DNA of 64,000 bases from an uncultured bacterium (GCA_963777505.1 CAVZQN010000001.1:1-64000); one strand, 5' to 3'; positions 39,192 through 49,340 are shown, counted from the stretch's first letter. The notes: generated by a model not told the origin, from the letters alone. A program made the numbers and translations.

Positions 39192-40463
39192 ATGAGCATG
39201 AATTCCCCTCTTTATAAGAGATTCTTGAACACAAGAGCGGCTACTGAACGGCTTTGCCAGCCGCTGCAAACAGAAGACTATGTGATTCAATCCATGGATG
39301 ATGTAAGTCCGCCCAAATGGCACTTAGGACACACTTCCTGGTTTTTTGAGACGTTTCTTCTGAAAAAGTTTAAGAAGGATTACGCGCCATTTCATCAAAT
39401 GTACGATTTCATTTTCAATTCGTACTATGAATCTTTGGGAACACGCGTTCAACGTCCGCTTCGTGGTTTGCTTTCCAGACCAACTGTCCGCGAAGTTTAT
39501 GAGTATCGTGCAGCAGTCAACGAAGGCATGACCCAATTGATGAACACTCTGGACGATCGTGATCAAAAGAATTTTGATATCTTTACAGAACTAGGAATTC
39601 ATCATGAACAGCAGCATCAGGAACTGCTATACATGGATATCAAAAACATTTTGTCCATCAACCCCACTCGACCGATATACAAACCCCGCGAAAAAACGAA
39701 GAATAACGGTACAGTCCCCGCATTAAAGTATGCCGGATTTGACGGCGGCATTTATACGATTGGACATAACGGAGATACTTTTTGCTTTGATAATGAGTTG
39801 CCTGCACATCAGGTTTTGCTTCAAAATTTCAAAATCGCAAATCGCCTGATCACGAATGGCGAATACTTAGAATTCATCAACGATGGAGGTTATTCAAATC
39901 CTCTTTTGTGGCTCTCGGATGGATGGAGCACAGTACTTCAAAATGAATGGAAAGCTCCAATGTACTGGAGTCAAACGTCGGATGGCTGGGAGATTATGAC
40001 TCTATCCGGTTGGCATGCAGTGGATCCAAGTGAACCTGTCGTACATGTCAGTTTTTATGAAGCGGATGCATTTGCTCGATGGTCAGGAAGAAGGCTGCCA
40101 AGTGAAGCTGAATGGGAGGTAGCGGCCGGCAAATCGGGTGCTTCGATTGAGCTCGGCAATTTTGTAGAAGATGGTCTCTTTCATCCAGCGCCTTTATCTG
40201 AAGAAGATCGCGAGAACAGTCTGCAACAAATGTTTGGAGACGTTTGGGAATGGACTTCGAGTGCATATCATGCATATCCAGGATTTAAGCCGGCTGAAGG
40301 TGCAATCGGCGAGTACAATGGCAAATTTATGAGCAATCAAATGGTACTACGCGGCGGCGCATGCATCACTCCTAGAACTCATATCCGTACTACCTATAGA
40401 AACTTTTTCCAACCAGATAAACGCTGGGCATTTAACGGAATCCGGACAGCCAGCGATTCGTAA
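39192..40463 (+). CDS. egtB: Ergothioneine biosynthesis sulfoxide synthase
   Basis: SPPKWHLGHTSWFFE, FNSYY, HHEQQHQEL iron motif, FGE-like domain RLPSEAEWE, GEYNGKFM, YRNFF. Confidence 0.95.
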   Translation: MSMNSPLYKRFLNTRAATERLCQPLQTEDYVIQSMDDVSPPKWHLGHTSWFFETFLLKKFKKDYAPFHQMYDFIFNSYYESLGTRVQRPLRGLLSRPTVREVYEYRAAVNEGMTQLMNTLDDRDQKNFDIFTELGIHHEQQHQELLYMDIKNILSINPTRPIYKPREKTKNNGTVPALKYAGFDGGIYTIGHNGDTFCFDNELPAHQVLLQNFKIANRLITNGEYLEFINDGGYSNPLLWLSDGWSTVLQNEWKAPMYWSQTSDGWEIMTLSGWHAVDPSEPVVHVSFYEADAFARWSGRRLPSEAEWEVAAGKSGASIELGNFVEDGLFHPAPLSEEDRENSLQQMFGDVWEWTSSAYHAYPGFKPAEGAIGEYNGKFMSNQMVLRGGACITPRTHIRTTYRNFFQPDKRWAFNGIRTASDS

Positions 40464-40467
40464 AATT

Positions 40468-41484
40468 ATGCCAGCCACATATAAAGTCCTCGATCATCGC
40501 GATCTTGCCGGACTACTTGGAATTAAACAAACATTCGCACTGGATGTTCTGGTTGGACTTTCAGAACCCAGGAAAATGATTCCATCAAAATATTTTTATG
40601 ATGCGGAAGGCAGCCGGCTATTTCAAGAAATTACAAGATTGCCTGAATATTATTTGACGCGGGCAGAATTTGAAATTCTTGAAACCAGTGCACGCACAAT
40701 TGCAGGACTTGCTTTAAACAACAAATGGAATTTAGTTGAGCTGGGCCCTGGCGATGGCCATAAAACCGATCTTCTCCTGACGCAATTCATTGATAAAGGG
40801 ATTGATTTTCATTATGTCCCGATCGATATCTCCGAATCTGCAATGAAAAACCTTGTGAATAATATTCAAAACAATAAGAGCTCGATTGAAGTTCGGGGTC
40901 TCGTATCGGACTACTTTAATGGACTAAAGTGGCTCAACAAGCTGAAAGATGACAACCGCAAGAATTTTGTTCTCTTTCTGGGTTCTAATATCGGCAACTT
41001 TAATGGCGCACGAGCACGAGTGTTCCTTCGTAGTCTGTGGAGCACCTTGAATCATGATGATCTTGTTTTGATCGGATTTGATATGAAAAAGGATATTGAT
41101 TTGATGCTAGCAGCCTACAATGACAACCAGGGGGTTACAGCAGCATTTAATTTAAACTTGCTTCAGAGAATTAACCGCGAGCTTGGTGGGAATTTTGAAG
41201 TTGACCGATTTCAGCATTTTGCAAATTATGATGTTTTTTCGGGAGCTATGGAAAGTTATCTTGTAAGCCAGGCGGAACAAAAAGTATTTATTGGGGAAAT
41301 TGGCCAGGCTTTCCGATTTCAACCGTGGGAACCAATTCACACCGAATATTCCTATAAATTTCTGAAGACAGACATTGAATCACTCGCCATTGAGACTGGA
41401 TTTGAGATAGAAATGCAACTGCATGATTCACGACGTTTTTTCACCGATTCGATCTGGAGAGTTTCAAAAGCCAACAAACCCTAA
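40468..41484 (+). CDS. egtD: L-histidine N-alpha-methyltransferase
   Basis: KYFYD..GS.LF..IT.LPEYYLTR, ELGPGDG.KT, FLGSNIGN, AYND..GVTAAFN, IHTEYSYKF. Confidence 0.95.
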   Translation: MPATYKVLDHRDLAGLLGIKQTFALDVLVGLSEPRKMIPSKYFYDAEGSRLFQEITRLPEYYLTRAEFEILETSARTIAGLALNNKWNLVELGPGDGHKTDLLLTQFIDKGIDFHYVPIDISESAMKNLVNNIQNNKSSIEVRGLVSDYFNGLKWLNKLKDDNRKNFVLFLGSNIGNFNGARARVFLRSLWSTLNHDDLVLIGFDMKKDIDLMLAAYNDNQGVTAAFNLNLLQRINRELGGNFEVDRFQHFANYDVFSGAMESYLVSQAEQKVFIGEIGQAFRFQPWEPIHTEYSYKFLKTDIESLAIETGFEIEMQLHDSRRFFTDSIWRVSKANKP

Positions 41485-41499
41485 GTGACAAAAACCTGC

Positions 41500-41527
41500 C
41501 TGACATTCAATAGTCCGTTTGTATAAT
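41500..41527 (+). promoter_or_regulatory. Putative sigma70 promoter
   Basis: CTGACA-N16-TATAAT. Confidence 0.45.
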
Positions 41528-41632
41528 CCTCAGACACTAAGCACTTATCTACACCTCAGATTATTTCAGTACATCTTTCGTAAATGTCTGCTATTCAACG
41601 AGATAATGCCAATTTATATCCCTTATCCCAAG

Positions 41633-41649
41633 TTGGAATAGAACTTGCT
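41633..41649 (+). promoter_or_regulatory. Putative sigma54 promoter
   Basis: TTGGAATAGAACTTGCT, GG-N10-GC spacing, about 45 nt before the Hpt gene. Confidence 0.55.
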
Positions 41650-41691
41650 TTAGATTTAGGTGGACCAGAGAAATGAGGGAGGAATAAGAAA

Positions 41692-42081
41692 ATGACACAA
41701 TCAATACGAGCAGAAGAACCATTCGATCTGAATAAAGCAATGAGGCATGTGGACTACGATTCAAAGCTGTTTAAAGAAATGGCTTATCTATTTCAACAAC
41801 GATATCGTTTGCTTTTGGACACTGCACGAAAAGCGATTGATGCGAGAGATGTGAAAGCAATTGACTTTACGGCGCACGTGATTCAGGGAACAGTTGCAAA
41901 CTTTGCGGCTTATCGCGCACAGGAACTTGCCAGAAAATTGGAAGAAACTGTTAATGAAAATCAGATGGACAATCTGGATGGTTCCTATGCAGAGCTTGAA
42001 CAGGAAATCGAAAAGCTTGCTGATGCCATATCGAGATGTTTGAAAGAAGGATGGTATGAAAGTTCTGATTGCAGAAGATGA
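41692..42081 (+). CDS. Stand-alone Hpt (histidine phosphotransfer) protein
   Basis: AHVIQGTVANFAA (variant of AHxLKG) in an all-helical protein. Confidence 0.85.
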   Translation: MTQSIRAEEPFDLNKAMRHVDYDSKLFKEMAYLFQQRYRLLLDTARKAIDARDVKAIDFTAHVIQGTVANFAAYRAQELARKLEETVNENQMDNLDGSYAELEQEIEKLADAISRCLKEGWYESSDCRR

Positions 42082-42694
42082 CCCAATTTCAAGCCGTTTG
42101 CTTGATGCGAGATTATCAAAGTGGGGTTATGAGGTTGTCAAGACTTCGAATGGCCGTGAGGCGTACGAGCAACTGAGTGCGAAGAATGCACCTCGGATCG
42201 CGATTCTGGATTGGATGATGCCGGAGATGGATGGCGTTGAAGTATGCAAACTCATTCGGTCTCAGACAGGTAAAGAAACGATTTATATTCTTTTGCTTAC
42301 TGCTAAATCGACGAAGGAAGATATTGTTGAGGGCCTGATTGCAGGAGCAGATGATTATCTTTTGAAACCATTTCATGATGAAGAATTGCGAGCACGGCTT
42401 CAGACAGGAGTCCGAATTACCCGGTTGCAATCAGATCTTGCTGCAAGAGTCATTCAACTTGAGGAAGCATTATCAAAGGTGAAACAATTGCAAGGATTGC
42501 TTCCGATCTGTTCGTATTGCAAAAAAATCCGTGATGATCACAATTACTGGCAGGGTGTGGAATCTTACATTGCTGAACACACACAGGCTGAATTTACACA
42601 TAGTGTCTGCCCTGAATGTTACAAGGATCATCTAGCTCCTGAGTTGGAGCGGATTAAACTGGAAAAAACTCACCCCTCCGGCAAACGCCCTTAA
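42056..42694 (+). CDS. Response regulator with a C-terminal Cys/His putative Zn-binding domain
   Basis: AEDD, LDWMMP, LTAK, KPF receiver motifs; tail LPICSYCKKIR...THSVCPEC. Confidence 0.9.
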   Translation: MKVLIAEDDPISSRLLDARLSKWGYEVVKTSNGREAYEQLSAKNAPRIAILDWMMPEMDGVEVCKLIRSQTGKETIYILLLTAKSTKEDIVEGLIAGADDYLLKPFHDEELRARLQTGVRITRLQSDLAARVIQLEEALSKVKQLQGLLPICSYCKKIRDDHNYWQGVESYIAEHTQAEFTHSVCPECYKDHLAPELERIKLEKTHPSGKRP

Positions 42695-42695
42695 C

Positions 42696-42838
42696 TTCCC
42701 CTCTTCTCCCTGCTCCTCCGCACCTCCGCACTGCCGCGTAGCTACAAGTTCCCTTCCCTTCTCCCTTTCTCCCCTGCTCCCCTGCTTTTGATCTTCGCCG
42801 CAATTTTGTAATTCCCACGAAACCTCGCACTCCCACAA
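42696..42838. repeat. Pyrimidine-rich ~8-nt-period tandem repeats
   Basis: CTCCTCCG CACCTCCG CAC; CTTCTCCC TTTCTCCC CTGCTCCC CTGC; TCCCACG...TCCCACA. Confidence 0.65.
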
Positions 42839-42848
42839 TCCGTGATAT

Positions 42849-45668
42849 ATGATATTCCCTATGACTTTCTGGTCACAATTTCACGGTCCGAATGCTGCCT
42901 ATGTGCGGGAATTGTATGAGAGATATCTGGCTGACCCGCAATCGGTCGACAATGCGACGAAAGAATTGTTCGAAAAAATTCCGGCACCGCCTGAAGAATC
43001 GATAGCATTTGCTGAGGCAGGGACATCAGATCTAAACAAAATTGTTGGTACAGTCAACCTTGCGCAGGCAATTCGCGAACATGGACATCTTGCGGCACAA
43101 TTGGATCCTCTCGGCAATGCGCCCAAAGGAGATCCTGCTCTTGAGCTTGAGACTTATGGTTTAACCGAACAGGATCTCGAAGCTCTTCCAGCAAGTTTAG
43201 TAGGTGGCCCGATTGCAGAAGGCGCAGCCAATGCATTGGAAGCCATTCGATCTTTACGAAAAGTTTATTCTTCCAGGACAGGTTACGATTACGATCATGT
43301 ACGGAATCCAGAAGAACGTTACTGGCTCCGTGACGCGGCGGAATCAGGCCGTTTCACTTTTGCAGCTGATCCTACGGATCCAGTTCAGTTATTGAAGCGG
43401 CTGACGGAAGTAGAAACATTCGAACGTTTCTTGCATCGTATCTTTCCGGGCAAAACGCGTTTTTCACTTGAAGGTCTGGATATGATGATTCCGATCATGG
43501 ATGAAGTTGTTGCTTCAGCCGCCGAATTTAACATCCGCAATATTTTGATAGGCATGGCACATCGCGGCAGATTAAATGTTCTTGCGCATATTCTGAATAA
43601 ACCCTACAAGCAAATTCTTGCAGAATTCAAAGACCCGGTTCAAGCGCGAAATTTCCGGGATGATTTAGGTTGGACCGGTGATGTGAAATACCATGCAGGC
43701 GCGCGCAGAGCAAAACAAGAAGGAGAAGCAATCGATCTTGTGATTGCGATTGCACCGAATCCAAGCCATTTGGAAGCAGTGAATCCTGTAGTGGAAGGAA
43801 TGGCGCGCGCGACCGGAACGTTATGCGATCAACAAGGGCCGCCCAAGTTCAATCATTCCGTTACCTTACCAATTTTGATTCATGGTGATGCAGCATTTCC
43901 CGGACAAGGAGTCGTTGCAGAAACATTAAACCTGTCGCGCATTCCTGGTTATCGCACTGGAGGGACTGTTCACATCATTGCAAATAATCAGCTGGGTTAC
44001 ACAACGCCTCCTGAAGCTGCACGAAGTACTTTATATGCCAGTGATATGGCGAAAGGTTTTGAAATTCCGATCGTTCATGTGAATGCAGATGATCCTGAAG
44101 CTGCAATTGAAGCAGCTCGTCTTGCATTTGCCTACCGCGCAAAATTTCAAAAGGATTTCTTGATCGATCTGATCGGTTATCGCAGATATGGCCACAATGA
44201 AGGCGACGAACCTGCATTCACGCAGCCATTGATGTACAAAAAGATCGAAGCCCATCCAACGGTTCGCGAACTCTGGGCAAATTCATTAACACAGAATCAG
44301 AGTATTCAACCTCTGGAAGCGGAGGAATTGGTCCGGGCTCAAATGGAAAAACTTCAGCGAGTGTTAGAAGAACTAAAAGCTGAAGAGGATATTCAGATAC
44401 CTCAGTCAGAACCGCCGCCGCCAGGTGCAGCAAAGCGCGTCAAGACTTCAGTTCCGATTGAACGTTTGCGAAAATTAAATGAAGCATTATTGCAACTGCC
44501 GGATGGATTCACGCCTCATCGCAAGCTGCAAAAAGCCATGCAAAAGCGCAGTCATATTCTGGATAATCCGGATGAAGCTACCGTGGAATGGGCCGCAGCA
44601 GAAGAACTTGCATTTGCTTCGGTGCTTGAAGATGGAATATCAATCCGTTTAACAGGACAGGATGTTGAGCGCGGAACATTCAGTCAGCGTCATGCTACTT
44701 TTTACGATGTAAATACAGGCAAGCCCCATACTCCGCTGCAATCGATTCCTCAAGCGAAAGTCGCATTCGAAGTCCGCAACAGCCCTTTATCCGAAGCGGC
44801 TGCAATTGGTTTCGAATATGGATACAACGTCCAGGAACCAGGAAGGCTTGTAGTTTGGGAAGCTCAATATGGTGATTTCATTAATGGCGCGCAAACTCAC
44901 ATTGATGAATTTGTTACTTCGGCACGCGCAAAATGGGGACAAACTCCTTCGCTGGTGCTTTTATTGCCTCATGCATATGAAGGTGCAGGTCCAGATCATT
45001 CCACCGGACGTCTCGAAAGGTTTTTGGAACTTGCAGCGGACACAAATATGCGCATCGCTAATGCAACAACCGCTGCACAATATTTCCATTTACTGCGCCG
45101 TCAGGCTTTATTGCTACAAACAGATCCACTACCGCTTGTAATCATGACTCCAAAGAGTTTACTGCGTCATCCTTTTACAGCATCGATGCCTCGCGAGATT
45201 GCAAAAGGAAGCTGGCAGCCTGTATTAGATGATGACTCTGCTCGTTCCCACGCACAAAAGGTCCGCCGCATTCTTCTAACCAGCGGCAAAATTGCTGTCG
45301 ATTTATTTACGAGCGACGCTTATTCACAGACCGAAGAAATTGCAATCATTCGTGTTGAGCAACTCTATCCATTTCCTTCTGATGTATTAAGGCAAGTCAT
45401 TGATGGCTATCCTGCAACCGAAGAAGTAATTTGGGTTCAAGAGGAACCGGAAAATATGGGAGCATGGAATTTTGCGCGATGGAACCTTCTGGAGATATTG
45501 AATGGACGTTTGCCTCTTTATTATATCGGCCGCAAATTTCTCGCAAGCCCTGCGGAAGGATCTGCTTCGAGGCATGCGCTAAAACAGCAGGAAATTATTC
45601 ACAAAGCACTTACAATACCTAAGATGAAGTTGAGATCAGAAGAGTTAGTTGGAAAAGAACAGAGTTAG
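42849..45668 (+). CDS. sucA: 2-oxoglutarate dehydrogenase E1
   Basis: RFSLEG, GMAHRGRLN, GDVKYH, NPSHLE, HGDAAFPGQG, GHNEGDEP, RGTFSQRH, WEAQYGDF. Confidence 0.97.
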   Translation: MIFPMTFWSQFHGPNAAYVRELYERYLADPQSVDNATKELFEKIPAPPEESIAFAEAGTSDLNKIVGTVNLAQAIREHGHLAAQLDPLGNAPKGDPALELETYGLTEQDLEALPASLVGGPIAEGAANALEAIRSLRKVYSSRTGYDYDHVRNPEERYWLRDAAESGRFTFAADPTDPVQLLKRLTEVETFERFLHRIFPGKTRFSLEGLDMMIPIMDEVVASAAEFNIRNILIGMAHRGRLNVLAHILNKPYKQILAEFKDPVQARNFRDDLGWTGDVKYHAGARRAKQEGEAIDLVIAIAPNPSHLEAVNPVVEGMARATGTLCDQQGPPKFNHSVTLPILIHGDAAFPGQGVVAETLNLSRIPGYRTGGTVHIIANNQLGYTTPPEAARSTLYASDMAKGFEIPIVHVNADDPEAAIEAARLAFAYRAKFQKDFLIDLIGYRRYGHNEGDEPAFTQPLMYKKIEAHPTVRELWANSLTQNQSIQPLEAEELVRAQMEKLQRVLEELKAEEDIQIPQSEPPPPGAAKRVKTSVPIERLRKLNEALLQLPDGFTPHRKLQKAMQKRSHILDNPDEATVEWAAAEELAFASVLEDGISIRLTGQDVERGTFSQRHATFYDVNTGKPHTPLQSIPQAKVAFEVRNSPLSEAAAIGFEYGYNVQEPGRLVVWEAQYGDFINGAQTHIDEFVTSARAKWGQTPSLVLLLPHAYEGAGPDHSTGRLERFLELAADTNMRIANATTAAQYFHLLRRQALLLQTDPLPLVIMTPKSLLRHPFTASMPREIAKGSWQPVLDDDSARSHAQKVRRILLTSGKIAVDLFTSDAYSQTEEIAIIRVEQLYPFPSDVLRQVIDGYPATEEVIWVQEEPENMGAWNFARWNLLEILNGRLPLYYIGRKFLASPAEGSASRHALKQQEIIHKALTIPKMKLRSEELVGKEQS

Positions 45669-45687
45669 AAGAAGATGAATCGATTGA

Positions 45688-45768
45688 ATAACCACGGAGT
45701 CACTGAGAACACGGAGATAACTAAGAAAAAATATTAAAACTCCGTGCCCTCCGTGACTCCGTGGTTAT
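45688..45768. repeat. 9-nt-period repeat element with inverted arms
   Basis: ATAACCACGGAG TCACTGAG AACACGGAG - AT-rich spacer - CTCCGTGCC CTCCGTGA CTCCGTGGTTAT. Confidence 0.85.
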
Positions 45769-45787
45769 GAGGATTGATGAGGCGATA

Positions 45788-47011
45788 ATGGAAACCAAGA
45801 TAGTAGTGCCTGCATTAGGTGAATCAGTTGTTGAAGCGACCATTGCACGATGGTTGAAAAAAGAAGGAGATCGAGTTCAACCTGGTGAATCACTTGTTGA
45901 ACTTGAAACGGATAAGGTAAATCTCGAAGTTGGTGCAGAGAAAGCAGGAGTGCTCGCGCGCATCGATAGAAAAGATGGAGATGATGTAAAGGTTGGCGAA
46001 ACTCTCGGTGTTTTAACCGAACTTCCTGCCTCTGCGGACTCTGCGGTAAAGCCCGCTCCCACGGAGTCATCAAGCAGTGTAAAACCTAACCTTCAGCCAC
46101 AACAACCAACAGCGTCCGCAGCAAAACCAAAGGCGACTCCCTCAGCCCGCCGATTTGCGCAAGAAGTTGGCGTCAGTCTTGAAGACATTTCAGGCACTGG
46201 ATCGGGAAATCAGATCACGCGCGAAGATATCCAATCCCACATTCAAAAAGAAAAAGCTCCGGCGACCCCGCAAACTCCACAGATTCAGCAGCCGAAAATC
46301 ATCCGCACAGGCACTCGCGAAGAAGAACGGATTAAGATGTCGCGACGGCGCAGAACGATTGCAAAACGACTCGTTGAAGCGCAACACAATGCCGCAATGC
46401 TTACAACGTATAACGAAATCGATATGTCTGCTGTAATGGAACTTCGCAAACGTCATAAAGAATCATTTCAAAAAAAGCATGGCGTTGGTCTTGGCATTGT
46501 TTCATTTTTCGTTAAGGCATCCATTGGAGCGTTGAAAGAATTTCCGCCAATCAACGCAGAACTGCAGGGCGATGAGGTGATTTTAAAGAAATACTATGAC
46601 ATCGGAATCGCAGTTGGCGCAGAAGAAGGACTTGTTGTTCCGGTGCTCAGGAACGCCGATCAACTTTCGTTTGCAGAGATTGAACAAACGATTAAGGATT
46701 TTATCCAAAAATCCAACGATGGAACTCTTTCATTGGACGATCTTCAGGGCGGCACTTTTACAATTACAAATGGCGGAGTGTTTGGCTCTTTGATGAGTAC
46801 GCCGATCTTAAATCCGCCCCAGGTTGCAATCCTGGGTCTGCACAAAATTGAGGAACGCCCGATTGCTGTAAACGGACAAGTTTTGATCCGTCCGATGATG
46901 TATGTTGCGTTAAGTTACGATCATCGAGTTGTTGACGGCCGTGAATCCGTACAATTTCTCGCGCGAATTAAACAACTTGTTGAAGATCCCGGCGCATTAT
47001 TACTCGAATGA
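45788..47011 (+). CDS. sucB: Dihydrolipoyllysine succinyltransferase E2
   Basis: Lipoyl motif ETDKV, E3-binding GTG..N.IT..D, catalytic DHRVVDG; start METKIVV after GAGG. Confidence 0.96.
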   Translation: METKIVVPALGESVVEATIARWLKKEGDRVQPGESLVELETDKVNLEVGAEKAGVLARIDRKDGDDVKVGETLGVLTELPASADSAVKPAPTESSSSVKPNLQPQQPTASAAKPKATPSARRFAQEVGVSLEDISGTGSGNQITREDIQSHIQKEKAPATPQTPQIQQPKIIRTGTREEERIKMSRRRRTIAKRLVEAQHNAAMLTTYNEIDMSAVMELRKRHKESFQKKHGVGLGIVSFFVKASIGALKEFPPINAELQGDEVILKKYYDIGIAVGAEEGLVVPVLRNADQLSFAEIEQTIKDFIQKSNDGTLSLDDLQGGTFTITNGGVFGSLMSTPILNPPQVAILGLHKIEERPIAVNGQVLIRPMMYVALSYDHRVVDGRESVQFLARIKQLVEDPGALLLE

Positions 47012-47036
47012 AACCTCTGCGTCTTTGCGGTTGTAA

Positions 47037-48134
47037 ATGAAAGCTTGGGTATACAGAAAAGATTCTGTTGATGATCGTGGGTTGCATTTATTTCTTGAAG
47101 ACATTCCAAAGCCTAAGCCTTCAGCCGGTCAGGTTTTAGTTCAGATCAAGAAAGTGTCGGTCTGCGGCACCGACGAATCTCTTTTTAAAGGCGATCTCAA
47201 ACGAGTTCCGGATGGGATCGTTCCTGGTCATGAGTTTTATGGCGAGATTGTAGAACTGGGCAGCGGAGTTGATGGATTAAAAGTCGGGCAAAAAATTGCA
47301 GGCGAATCGCATTATCATGTTCCTGGAACGGATGATCAAGGGATTATTGGACTCTGGGGCCCTGAAATTCACAAAGGCGAAAGCCTACCTGCATTAAACG
47401 GCGCTTATGCGGAATACTTAACAATCCCCGCTGAATGCGCGTACCCGGTACCTGATGAATATGTCGGAGATCATTTCTGGCCTTCACTTTTCGAGGCGAT
47501 CGGAAATGATTATTTCCTGATTAAGCATTCAACAAAAGAAAATAATATTGAAAAACTTGGAGTGTTCGGGTGTGGTCCGCACGGATTATTCGCACAAATC
47601 TTTGCAAAACATTTTGGAATAAAGAGAATTGCGGCATTCGAAATCGATGACTTTCGCAGAGACTTTGCGAAACAAATGGAAGCGGCGGATGGAGTTTTTA
47701 ATCCGCTAACGAACCTTCAAGAAACTGTACGTGATTTTACGAATGGAAATCTTTTTGATGCAACACTGGACATGGTTGGAAAACAAGGACAGGGATTTCA
47801 ATCGTGTTGCGATACAACGCGCGATGGCGGCACTGTTTATCTTTTTGGACTTTTTACGGATAAATTTGCGATTGCGGGAATTCAAGGAAACGAAATTATA
47901 TTCAAAATGAAAACGCTCGATTATGAGTATCAAAACAAACGGCTTCGTATCGAAGGAATTACCGGCCGTGAAGGGATCTGGCATGAATTAATCGAAACAG
48001 TTTGCCGCAACAGAGATTTGCAAGATCACTTGATGCGTCCAGTAAAAGTCATGGGCGCCCTCGATCAATTAGGTGACGATAATCGAAATCCAAAACCAGG
48101 CATCATGAAGCGTGCCTATTATCCATTTGCTTAG
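47037..48134 (+). CDS. MDR-family Zn dehydrogenase, divergent threonine 3-dehydrogenase-like
   Basis: VCGTD and GHE catalytic-Zn motifs, GCGPHG Rossmann motif, GITGR; directly upstream of kbl. Confidence 0.75.
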   Translation: MKAWVYRKDSVDDRGLHLFLEDIPKPKPSAGQVLVQIKKVSVCGTDESLFKGDLKRVPDGIVPGHEFYGEIVELGSGVDGLKVGQKIAGESHYHVPGTDDQGIIGLWGPEIHKGESLPALNGAYAEYLTIPAECAYPVPDEYVGDHFWPSLFEAIGNDYFLIKHSTKENNIEKLGVFGCGPHGLFAQIFAKHFGIKRIAAFEIDDFRRDFAKQMEAADGVFNPLTNLQETVRDFTNGNLFDATLDMVGKQGQGFQSCCDTTRDGGTVYLFGLFTDKFAIAGIQGNEIIFKMKTLDYEYQNKRLRIEGITGREGIWHELIETVCRNRDLQDHLMRPVKVMGALDQLGDDNRNPKPGIMKRAYYPFA

Positions 48135-48152
48135 CGCCTTTGCGGTGAAATT

Positions 48153-49340
48153 ATGTACGGAAAATTCAAAGAGCATCTAGAAAAAGAACTTGCGGGCATT
48201 CAAGAATCGGGAATGTTCAAAGAAGAACGTGTGATCAAATCTCCGCAGGGTTCAGGAATTCAGACCACAGCAGGTCCGAGTGTAAATTTTTGTGCAAACA
48301 ACTATCTTGGGCTTGCCAATCATCCTGAAATTGTTGAAGCCGCATCAAAAGGACTGCATGAACGCGGATTTGGAATGGCTTCGGTCCGGTTTATTTGCGG
48401 AACTCAGGACATCCACAAAGAACTTGAGAAAAAAATATCCGACTTTCTCGGAACTGACGATACCATTTTGTATAGTTCATGTTTTGACGCGAATGGCGGC
48501 CTATTCGAAACGTTACTTGGTCCTGAAGATGTAGTGATCAGCGATGCACTCAATCACGCAAGCATTATTGATGGAGTCCGTCTTTGTAAGGCAGAGAGGA
48601 AAGTATATCCACACGGCGATATGAATGTGTTGGAAGAAAAATTGAAAGAGAGTGCAAAATCGCGTTTCAAGTTAATCATTACGGATGGAGCATTCAGCAT
48701 GCATGGTGATCTTGCTCCGCTGCCTGAGATTTGCAATCTTGCGGATCAATATCAGTCACTTGTCGCAGTGGACGATTCGCATGCGACAGGATTTTTTGGA
48801 CCTACCGGCCGCGGTACACCAGAACATTTTGGAGTTCAGGATCGCGTTGACATCATTACAAGCACGATGGGTAAGACACTAGGTGGAGCCACCGGAGGAT
48901 TCACATCGGGACGCGCGGAAATTATTACAATGCTGCGACAACGGTCGAGGCCTTACCTCTTTTCAAATAGCGTTGCCCCTCCAATTGTATACGGAACAAT
49001 GAAAGCATTTGATCTCATTGAAAGACATCCCGAATACTTGAAGACGTTGCAAGAAAACACACGACACTTCAGAAAAGAAATGACGAATCGCGGTTTTCAA
49101 ATTCGTGAAGGTGTCCATCCGATCGTTCCGATCATGTTGGGAGATGAAAAACGGACTGTGCAAATGGCAAAAGAAATGAATACCCGCGGAATCTTTGTTG
49201 TCGGATTCAGTTTTCCCGTAGTGCCGCGCGGTGAGGCTCGAATCCGGGTTCAGATTTCAGCCTCTCACACAAAAGAACAACTCGATAGAGCTATCGGGAC
49301 ATTTGAAGAGGTCGGAAAACTAGTCGGAGTCATTCAATAA
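48153..49340 (+). CDS. kbl: Glycine C-acetyltransferase (2-amino-3-ketobutyrate CoA ligase)
   Basis: NFCANNYLGL, GMASVRFICGTQD, SCFDANGG, LNHASIIDG, RQRSRPYLFSN. Confidence 0.96.
   Translation: MYGKFKEHLEKELAGIQESGMFKEERVIKSPQGSGIQTTAGPSVNFCANNYLGLANHPEIVEAASKGLHERGFGMASVRFICGTQDIHKELEKKISDFLGTDDTILYSSCFDANGGLFETLLGPEDVVISDALNHASIIDGVRLCKAERKVYPHGDMNVLEEKLKESAKSRFKLIITDGAFSMHGDLAPLPEICNLADQYQSLVAVDDSHATGFFGPTGRGTPEHFGVQDRVDIITSTMGKTLGGATGGFTSGRAEIITMLRQRSRPYLFSNSVAPPIVYGTMKAFDLIERHPEYLKTLQENTRHFRKEMTNRGFQIREGVHPIVPIMLGDEKRTVQMAKEMNTRGIFVVGFSFPVVPRGEARIRVQISASHTKEQLDRAIGTFEEVGKLVGVIQ

Noticed and set aside
42632-42838. G/E/R-rich minus-strand ORFs
   Set aside because: They are translations of the octamer repeat tract.
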